Shown here piece by piece: positions 8,016 through 14,288 of a DNA stretch of 24,000 nt (position 1 is the first letter of the stretch; each line of letters begins with the position of its first letter). The notes below the pieces were generated by a model, which ran no database searches, was not told the DNA's origin, and saw only the letters and a list, made by a program, of their open reading frames with translations. Origin of the DNA: Natrinema caseinilyticum. GTDB taxonomy: Archaea; Halobacteriota; Halobacteria; Halobacteriales; Natrialbaceae. Both the position numbers and the translations under genes were made by a program. The DNA lies in assembly GCF_024227435.1 (NCBI RefSeq), contig NZ_CP100445.1, forward strand, positions 1,213,369 through 1,237,368, written 5' to 3'.

Positions 8016-8627
8016 TCAGGCGAGTCGGGCGAACGCGAGGTTCCCCGAGATATTCTTGATGTAGATGTCCACGATGTCGCCCTCGTCCGCGCCCGGAACA
8101 AAAATCGTATAGTTTCCTTTCTCCGCGACGCCGTCGCCCTTCCGTCCGGTCCCGGTGATTTCGACCGTGTACGTCTGGCCCTCCTCGACGGCGTCTTGTT
8201 GCTGTTGTTGCTGGCTGCTGGTCGACCGCTTGGAAACCGGTCGGAACGCACCGCAGGCGTCACACCGAAGCATCGGCGTTCGGTCCTCTCGGACCAGCCG
8301 CGTGTCCGGCAGTCCGCACTCCGAACAGAGGACGTACTCGTCGACGTAGGCGTCGATCGACGCACTAATGTCGCGCTGGGAGAACGTTCCGTTGTATCGA
8401 CCGCGGCCGTTCTCGAGTTTGCCACTCGTTCCCAGTTCCCGCTGGATGAACCGGTGGAGGTGTTCCGTCTCTCGAGAGAGCACGTCGGCGACTTCGTCTA
8501 CATTCTTTACGCGTGTAAACGCGCCGTCTTTCTGGGTCTGGGGGTCCGGAATCTGGAGTCGTTGTTCGTCGCCCCCGATATCGGGAACGTCTTCCATCGC
8601 TCGGTCGAGACTCGATTCGTAATCCAT
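8016..8627 (-). CDS. translation initiation factor aIF-2 beta subunit with C-terminal TRAM domain
   Basis: 203 aa. The aIF2-beta core (FIQRELGTSG, zinc ribbon CSECGLPDT...LRCDACGA) is followed by a QQQQQQ linker and a TRAM-like beta-barrel segment (YTVEITGTGRKGDGVAEKGNYTIFVPGADEGDIVDIYI). Confidence 0.85.
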   Translation of the reverse strand: MDYESSLDRAMEDVPDIGGDEQRLQIPDPQTQKDGAFTRVKNVDEVADVLSRETEHLHRFIQRELGTSGKLENGRGRYNGTFSQRDISASIDAYVDEYVLCSECGLPDTRLVREDRTPMLRCDACGAFRPVSKRSTSSQQQQQQDAVEEGQTYTVEITGTGRKGDGVAEKGNYTIFVPGADEGDIVDIYIKNISGNLAFARLA

Positions 8628-8649
8628 ACACGAGAACAGACGACGCGAA

Positions 8650-8656
8650 CGTAAAT
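8650..8656 (-). promoter_or_regulatory. TATA-like box for the aIF2-beta gene
   Basis: The minus strand reads GATTTAC, centred about 26 nt upstream of the ATG at 8627. Confidence 0.4.
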
Positions 8657-8833
8657 CCGTTCTGCTATCACAATTCGCCCGACTGGGGGGCGATAGCCGG
8701 TGAATGCGCTGGTACGTCGGTGTCGATAGGGGAGATTCTGCTCCCCGTAGTTCCGTCGTGGTCGACGCTTCCCGCCGCGTGTTCGTCGGTATCCAGATCC
8801 CGGTCGGCCGAGTCGCCTCGAGAGGAATCGACT

Positions 8834-9217
8834 TTAGCCCGCGTCGGTATCCTGCGCGTCGGTCGAGTCCTGCGTGTCGTCCAGTTCCGCGAGGTCGCGT
8901 TCGGCGTTGGCTTCGTTCGGACTGCCTGCCTCGCCGGTTATCTCGCCGTAAACGGCCTCGCGGACCGCTTCGGGTGACTCGTATTCCTCGTCGACCAGCC
9001 GATCGAAGACGGACCCGAGCGACTCCGTCTCGTTCGGCATGTCGATCGGCTGGTCGCCGTACTCCGTGGCGAGTTCCTCACTGCTGACCGGATACTCCAT
9101 CGTTCCGAGGTCGCGTTCGACGTCCTCGAGGATCGATTCGGCGTGGTCCGCTCGCTCCGCTTGTCGCCGTTCGGCGCTCCGTTGCACACGGTCGTGGTTC
9201 CGCCCGTCGTCGCTCAT
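8834..9217 (-). CDS. small highly acidic conserved hypothetical protein (DUF2795/DUF5789-like)
   Basis: 127 aa. The central block MEYPVSSEELATEYGDQPIDMPNETESLGSVFDRL resembles the short haloarchaeal family built around a YP.S.EEL motif. Strong third-position GC bias. The family assignment is from memory only. Confidence 0.65.
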   Translation of the reverse strand: MSDDGRNHDRVQRSAERRQAERADHAESILEDVERDLGTMEYPVSSEELATEYGDQPIDMPNETESLGSVFDRLVDEEYESPEAVREAVYGEITGEAGSPNEANAERDLAELDDTQDSTDAQDTDAG

Positions 9218-9968
9218 GTGAAGCCGTACCGCTACCCCGTAGAAAAGCGGCCGGCCAGCGCGTGCGTGGTCTCGAGGAGCTCAAATAGCGCTCTATAGTC
9301 CTCTATCCCGGTATTATACACCGTTATCACCCTCCGCTGGCGACGGCCAACCGGCGTGTCTGTCCAATTTCGTGCCGAGCCATCACTCGCATCACTATCG
9401 AACCCCACACCCACCGCGGGCACGCCCAGCATCTCTTTCCATCCGGCCGCGGCTCTCGACGGGCAGACCGAACGTCGCTTGGAGCGAAGTCGCCGCACGG
9501 AAGCGGTCGAAATCGACCTCGGCCGCCGCCGTCGAGACCGTATTCGAGGTGTCCGGTGTCGTTACGGCGGTCGAAACGCGGAGTAATCGCTCGACGGATC
9601 GCGGAGCGTATTTTCGGGCCGTACGCCGGCCCCGCACAGCATCGACGAACGACACCGATCGATCCGTCGAACGATAGCCGCGTGCGACCGCTGGGGCGCA
9701 CTGTACGCGGCGCTCGAACGCTCCGACGAGACCGAGTCGCCCGGCTCGCGGTAGGCACCTCGTTCGGCGACCGGTCGACCGTTGCAGTTCGCGAACGCGC
9801 GGGTGACACGCGTTCAGTTCGGCACGCTCGAGTCTCGCATCGGGCATCGTGACACCGGCCGACGTCCGAAACGAGACTGGACGGTTTTCCACCTCCTTCG
9901 ACCGGTGTTTCAGACCGAAAGTGTAGCCTACCGTCCGTAGAAACCGACTACCGCCAGGTACGCTGCTC

Positions 9969-9975
9969 ATATATA
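9969..9975 (+). promoter_or_regulatory. canonical TATA box (ATATATA)
   Basis: This is the best TATA match in the window. Its centre lies about 31 nt upstream of the ATG at 10003 and about 120 nt upstream of the ATG at 10093. Confidence 0.5.
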
Positions 9976-10002
9976 GGACAGGTGATCCGGTACGTCAGCT
10001 GG

Positions 10003-10089
10003 ATGACCCGTATCAAATCAGGACAGTCATCGTCACAGAACGGTAGACCGATCGAGTTCTCGAGGGGCCGAACCGGGCCCGGAGTGTGA
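10003..10089 (+). CDS. 28-codon leader ORF in frame with the downstream PGF-CTERM gene
   Basis: My translation is MTRIKSGQSSSQNGRPIEFSRGRTGPGV, ending at the TGA at 10087-10089. One codon (TCC) follows, then the ATG at 10093 in the same frame. It is too short for the ORF track. It may simply be a 5' UTR. Confidence 0.25.
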   Translation: MTRIKSGQSSSQNGRPIEFSRGRTGPGV

Positions 10090-10092
10090 TCC

Positions 10093-11079
10093 ATGTCCCG
10101 GCTACACCGACTCTCGGAGCGGCTCCCGGGAGACTCGCGCGTCGTACTCGCGCTCGGCCTCGGCCTGGTCGTGATCGGCGGCCTCGTCGCGTCGGGTGCT
10201 GCCGGCGCGGCCGCGGGCACGCTCGATCCGGCCCAAACGAACCAGAGCGACAGGGTATCCGAGGAAGCGTACCGCGAGCCCGCGCCGGAAGAGGGCGATC
10301 CGTACTTCGAAGCGGCGGCGGACGACGGGTCCTGGATCAGCTACGAGAATCCGCGCGACGAGTACCGGAGTCCCTATCTCGGGGACGGATCCGGGAAAAT
10401 CTGCGTCACGCTGGTCAACGAAAACGGCGACCCGGTCGTCGGCACGTCGGTTCCGAACACGTCCGTAACGATTCCGACCGGCGGGGCGACGACGTGGCAT
10501 TCCGACGCGAATCCGATGACCGTCGAGTTCCCGGTGACCGACCACTACGAGTTCCCGCTCGACGGGGACGAGTTCGGGACGAGCCCGGACGTCGCACAGG
10601 GTGACGGATACATGGATTCCCACTGTATCGAATTCCACGGGAATCCCGTCGGCTCGACGATCGAGTACGGTGAAGCCGAACTCGACGGCAAGTACGCGGA
10701 CCGAATCGACGTCGTCGGCTACATCCAGCAGGAGCCCGCCGGCGACGGGTGGGATTCCGACATCGATCCGGTTGCCGACGCGGAATCCTACGCGGAAGCC
10801 GGCGGCGGCTGGACCACCACCCAGAACTCTACCCACGGAGGGGCGGTCGTCGTGTTGCAACTCGATGCGCCGGCCGACGAGCGAACGATCCCCGTCGACT
10901 CGAATTCGTCGGACGATGGTACTGACGGAATCGACTCGAACGAGCCGAAAGACGGAACCGGAAACACCGCCGACGGGGGCCCGACCGACGGCGACGGTCG
11001 CGACGAAATGCCCGGATTCGGTCCGCTGGCCGCCGGCGTTGCCATTTCGATCGCGGTCATCGCACGATACCGCCGGTAG
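10093..11079 (+). CDS. secreted PGF-CTERM sorting-domain protein (predicted archaeosortase A substrate)
   Basis: 328 aa. The N-terminal hydrophobic signal or anchor is VVLALGLGLVVIGGLVASGAAGAAAG. A Ser/Asp/Gly/Thr-rich linker precedes the C-terminal MPGFGPLAAGVAISIAVIARYRR (PGF motif, TM helix, basic tail). Confidence 0.85.
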   Translation: MSRLHRLSERLPGDSRVVLALGLGLVVIGGLVASGAAGAAAGTLDPAQTNQSDRVSEEAYREPAPEEGDPYFEAAADDGSWISYENPRDEYRSPYLGDGSGKICVTLVNENGDPVVGTSVPNTSVTIPTGGATTWHSDANPMTVEFPVTDHYEFPLDGDEFGTSPDVAQGDGYMDSHCIEFHGNPVGSTIEYGEAELDGKYADRIDVVGYIQQEPAGDGWDSDIDPVADAESYAEAGGGWTTTQNSTHGGAVVVLQLDAPADERTIPVDSNSSDDGTDGIDSNEPKDGTGNTADGGPTDGDGRDEMPGFGPLAAGVAISIAVIARYRR

Positions 11080-11256
11080 CCTCGGCGGGGCGGTCCTCGG
11101 GAATCGGAGATCACGCCACTCGCCTCGAGTCGTGACGATGAACGATCCTGCAGGAACGCCGATAAGACGGAACGGAAAACGGCAGGAAAATCCGTCACGG
11201 CCGCTCTGATCCCTTGATTCTGGCCCTGTTGAAACCCTTGCTGACAAACATGACTG

Positions 11257-11745
11257 ATGGGTAGCTGGAGGAGGATGGATACTCTCCCGAAGTCACGACT
11301 CCTTCGATTCGTTGAACGGGCGATGGTGTTGGCTCGCCGTGCTGTGGCGCGATTCTCGACTCGTTATTCACGAAAGCGGTTCACGCTCCGCCAGCACGTC
11401 GTTTTGCTCTGTCTCAAAGTGAAGAAGACGACCACATACCGTGACCTCGTTGACGAACTTATCGAGATGCCTCGGATTCGTGACGCCCTCAATCTTGATT
11501 CGATCCCTGCACCCTCGACACTCTGCAAGGCGTTCGACCGCTTGGAGATGGCCGTCTGGCGGGTGTTACTGAACGTCTCGCTCGCGGACTTGCCACTGAA
11601 CGGTGTCACTGGTATCGATGCGTCCGGGTTCGAGCGGGCGCATGCCTAACTCACTACACGAAGCGAACAAACCTCACCATCCAGCAATTGAAGACGACGC
11701 TGTTGGTCGATACAGCGACCAACGTATCGTGGCAGTTTGGCTGAC
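11257..11745 (+). pseudogene. IS5-family transposase, frameshifted and truncated
   Basis: ORF 11257..11649 (..RFTLRQHVVLLCLKVKKTTTYRDLVDELIEMPRIRDALNLDSIPAPSTLCKAFDRLEMAVWRVLL..GIDASGFERAHA) stops at a TAA. The family-typical continuation HYTKRTNLTIQQLKTTLLVDTATN follows in another frame and ends at 11745. The catalytic C-terminal half is missing. Confidence 0.75.
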
Positions 11746-12245
11746 CACAGTTGCCCTCACCGTCGTTTCGTTCTTCGTAATTTCGTGGCATTCGTGACTC
11801 ACGGCAGGGATATTGTCACCGTACCGCTGACCGAAACGTCCACCTCGCTTCCGATGGAGTCTGAGTCGGAATGGAAGGCGAACGTACAGAATTTCCTCCG
11901 GCGGCACTGATGTGGGGCACCCGATGATCGAGTGCCAATCGTGCTGCAGCTGCGCTCTACATGCAGTGCAGCTGGGTCGAACTGTTCAAAGTCTGTTACT
12001 ACCGACGAGGGTGACTCAGAGGGTGTCTGCACCACGAACCCGAGGCGTGGTGCTTGTTCAGATTCCGTCGAGTATCCTCGGCACAGGTACTGATCTGATT
12101 GGTTCGCTACGGGTGCTGTTTAGAGAGCATTAGATACAAGAAAGTCTCGCGCAGGTCAGTATCACTACAACCCTCCGGTAGTGGGAATACGTTGCCCCGT
12201 CGAGTAGATGTGAGGATTCATTATCTCCACGCTTCAGTGAGGAGT

Positions 12246-12461
12246 ATGAGTGACAGTATAGGCCGTCGCAGTGTCGATGGGGGATTATCAGCAATCGATC
12301 CCTGGGTTGTGATATCGCTTCCGTTTCTCACCGTACCGATCGGGGCGTTTATTGGTGGAAATTTCACCTCCCATCTAGTTGGATCGATGATAGATGGGGT
12401 GTGGATTACGTCGGCCTTCCTCACCAGCCTCACGTTCGCCGTGATTTCAGCACGTTCCTGA
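12246..12461 (+). CDS. possible small two-TM membrane protein inside the IS remnant (71 aa)
   Basis: This is the internal ATG of track ORF 12099..12461: MSDSIGRRSVDGGLSAIDPWVVISLPFLTVPIGAFIGGNFTSHLVGSMIDGVWITSAFLTSLTFAVISARS. It has two clear hydrophobic helices, and GAGGAG lies just upstream. The low-GC region makes codon statistics uninformative. Confidence 0.35.
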   Translation: MSDSIGRRSVDGGLSAIDPWVVISLPFLTVPIGAFIGGNFTSHLVGSMIDGVWITSAFLTSLTFAVISARS

Positions 12462-12776
12462 CCAGTTGTGGGAGCGCTACCACAGGGGAACTGCGTTAGT
12501 TGTTCCCCCATCTCTTCAATCATACGTCTAGAGTCGTTCAGTCGTACGATTCATCGTCTGTATCTATCCCTCCGTCCGCCCGCCAGATGACGACCGACCA
12601 GTGACCGACCTGCGCTCTGTATTCAGCAGGACTGATGAAACCTCTCATCGATTGAGGGTTTCAACAAGGCCGTGATTCTCGAACGCGACAGGACGCGACT
12701 GCGGCCCGCGGAGGGACGGGTCGGCCCGTCGTCGGAATCAATCAGGTTTTGACCGTCGCCGCGAGAGAACCGACGG

Positions 12777-13001
12777 ATGACGAACACGAGCGAATCCGAC
12801 GACGGTCCCCCGCGCGTCCCGATCGTCTGTCGGGACTGCGGGACGACATCGCGCATTCCACTCCCGGCGGTCGCCGACGCCATCGACCGACACAACGACC
12901 AGCTCCACGACGGTGCCGACGTCGCCGAGGTCGATCCCGACGTCGCCGACCGGATCGCGGACCTCGCAGCCGCCGAACTCGGCCTGCTCGAGGACGAATA
13001 A
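12777..13001 (+). CDS. small acidic protein with a single CxxC (74 aa)
   Basis: MTNTSESDDGPPRVPIVCRDCGTTSRIPLP...DQLHDGADVAEVDPDVADRIADLAAAELGLLEDE. Strong GC3 bias and acidic composition. A TATA-like GGTTTTGA ends about 24 nt upstream of the ATG. Confidence 0.65.
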   Translation: MTNTSESDDGPPRVPIVCRDCGTTSRIPLPAVADAIDRHNDQLHDGADVAEVDPDVADRIADLAAAELGLLEDE

Positions 13002-13147
13002 CGATCGAAAACGAAGACCGTGGTCCGAGGTGGGCGGATCTCTCACACCGGGAGAAGGGTGTCGCCAAGCGGCCGGAGACGGGCACCCACCCGACTCTCG
13101 ACGGGATCGACGTTCAGCCAGCGAGACGAGCGGCTACCCGGCGAGAA

Positions 13148-13171
13148 CGTCTCGCTCGGCGGAGCGAGACG
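13148..13171 (-). terminator. perfect 10-bp hairpin between convergent genes
   Basis: CGTCTCGCTC-GGCG-GAGCGAGACG lies 3 nt beyond the stop codon (13175-13177) of the minus-strand zinc-ribbon gene. Only a weak T-run follows on the minus strand, so the function is uncertain. Confidence 0.3.
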
Positions 13172-13174
13172 GCG

Positions 13175-13378
13175 TCATCGACGGTTCCGGATCGCGTCCA
13201 GGGCGGCCGAACGGGACGTGTACCCGATGCCGAGGGCATCGCAGTTCACGCACTCCCAGCGGTATTCTCCCCTGAAGCCACGGATCGAAACGACGGCGTC
13301 GCAGTCGGGACAGCGCTTCTGGCGACGAGACTCGCGCACTCGCTCGAGGATATCAGCAACGGTCCTGTTCTCGTTCAT
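13175..13378 (-). CDS. small zinc-ribbon protein (67 aa)
   Basis: This is the internal ATG of track ORF 13175..13498: MNENRTVADILERVRESRRQKRCPDCDAVVSIRGFRGEYRWECVNCDALGIGY.... Its two CxxC pairs (CPDC, CVNC) form a zinc ribbon. A TATA box sits at the correct distance (next feature). Confidence 0.65.
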   Translation of the reverse strand: MNENRTVADILERVRESRRQKRCPDCDAVVSIRGFRGEYRWECVNCDALGIGYTSRSAALDAIRNRR

Positions 13379-13403
13379 ATCAACCGAAGCTGCCGATCGG
13401 ACC

Positions 13404-13410
13404 GTTATAG
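13404..13410 (-). promoter_or_regulatory. TATA box for the zinc-ribbon gene
   Basis: The minus strand reads CTATAAC, centred about 29 nt upstream of the ATG at 13378. Confidence 0.45.
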
Positions 13411-13470
13411 GCTTTCTTTTTCGAGTCCGAAACCGAGAGACGGAGCCAGTCCGGGTCGGACGTCGAAGAT

Positions 13471-13580
13471 ATAGCAGTCTTTGAAAGTCAATACACACCC
13501 CGATCGCGAATTCGCGGCCAGCGAGTCTTCGCTGGCCGCTTCACTGCGATCGGTGAGTAAATCGTTTCAAAGACTACTAT
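13471..13580. repeat. 110-bp concentric imperfect palindrome (candidate structured RNA or MITE-like element)
   Basis: The outer arms are ATAGCAGTCTTTGAAA (13471-13486) and TTTCAAAGACTACTAT (13565-13580), complementary at 15 of 16 positions. The middle arms are CCGATCGC (13500-13507) and GCGATCGG (13546-13553). The apical hairpin is GCGGCCAGCGA-GTCT-TCGCTGGCCGC (13514-13539). All three share a centre near 13526. The interior also holds the 12-bp palindrome CGCGAATTCGCG (13505-13516). Confidence 0.6.
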
Positions 13581-13713
13581 CGTTATCACGCGCCGGTATC
13601 CGTTCTCACACGGAAAATACCACGGACGACCAGATCCGCCGACTCGATAACAGCCGTCGGGCGTATCGAAGTGGATAGGGCGTTCGAAGAACGATCCGAG
13701 CACGGACGACCGG

Positions 13714-14055
13714 TCACGAGATGTCTCGCGCGTCGTCCCGGCTGGGACACGTTTCGATACGCCGGGTGCTCGCATCGTAGTCGATCACACCGAGTTCGGC
13801 CATCATGGGGAGGTGAACGTGGTGGAGCGATATCTGCACGTCCGAGACGGCGTCGTCGGTGACGGCATCGACGCCGCCCTCTCGAGCGACGATTCCCGCC
13901 GCCAACTCCGAGAGTTCGACGGTGGCAGTCACGCCGGTGAGGATGTCGAGCGTCATTCTGCGCCGCTTCGCCTCGAGCAAACGGTGACGGGTGCTCTCGG
14001 TTCGATCGTCGAGTTCCAACTGCTGCCACGTGAAATCGCGTTTCGATTGGGTCAT
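13714..14055 (-). CDS. haloarchaeal winged-helix protein (DUF7344-like ArsR-type HTH)
   Basis: 113 aa. The pattern LLEAKRRRMTLDIL...VELSELAAGIVAREGG...QISLHHVHLPMMAELGVIDYD matches the haloarchaeal family consensus (LsnrRRR..L..L, SLyqtHLPKLde.GvIeYD) as I remember it. Confidence 0.7.
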   Translation of the reverse strand: MTQSKRDFTWQQLELDDRTESTRHRLLEAKRRRMTLDILTGVTATVELSELAAGIVAREGGVDAVTDDAVSDVQISLHHVHLPMMAELGVIDYDASTRRIETCPSRDDARDIS

Positions 14056-14288
14056 GGAGGGGCCTCAGTCCGGTCGGCGTCCGGTCTGTCTGAGACAAGG
14101 CACCACTCACGGGAAAGGGTACACTAGAAGTGATTAGGTTCTGATCGGGCGCAGGGCGAGTACCACGATCCGGACCAGCATCTCGGGGTCGGGGACGACG
14201 CGATCGACCGATCGATCACCGCGTTCGCTCCCGCCTACCACTCCGTCGGCGGAGGGTTGATACGCGTCCGTGCGCTTTACACGGTCGA

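Larger units (their letters stand above)
11222..12672. mobile_element. decayed IS5-family (ISH-type) insertion sequence with intact ends
   Basis: Terminal inverted repeats are GGCCCTGTTGAAACCCT (11222-11238) and AGGGTTTCAACAAGGCC (12656-12672), matching at 16 of 17 positions. A 7-bp direct repeat TGATTCT flanks the element at 11215-11221 and 12674-12680. The interior is visibly lower in GC than the flanks and carries a broken transposase gene. Confidence 0.8.

Noticed and set aside
8193-8215. CAG/CAA-type trinucleotide run (plus strand TGTTGCTGTTGTTGCTG) as a microsatellite.
   Set aside because: It simply encodes the QQQQQQ linker between the aIF2-beta core and the TRAM domain. It is short and uses mixed codons, so there is no evidence of slippage-prone repeat behaviour.
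9395-9970. 191-aa minus-strand ORF filling the gene-less gap.
   Set aside because: The product is basic and Arg-rich, unlike the acidic proteins elsewhere in the window. My phase-specific GC count over 9601-9720 shows no codon periodicity, and I recognise no motif. It is reported as part of a finding rather than as a CDS.
13505-13516. Perfect 12-bp palindrome CGCGAATTCGCG, containing an EcoRI site, as a stand-alone restriction or regulatory site.
   Set aside because: It is embedded in the larger 110-bp concentric palindrome and overlaps that structure's middle and apical stems. It is better treated as part of the larger element.
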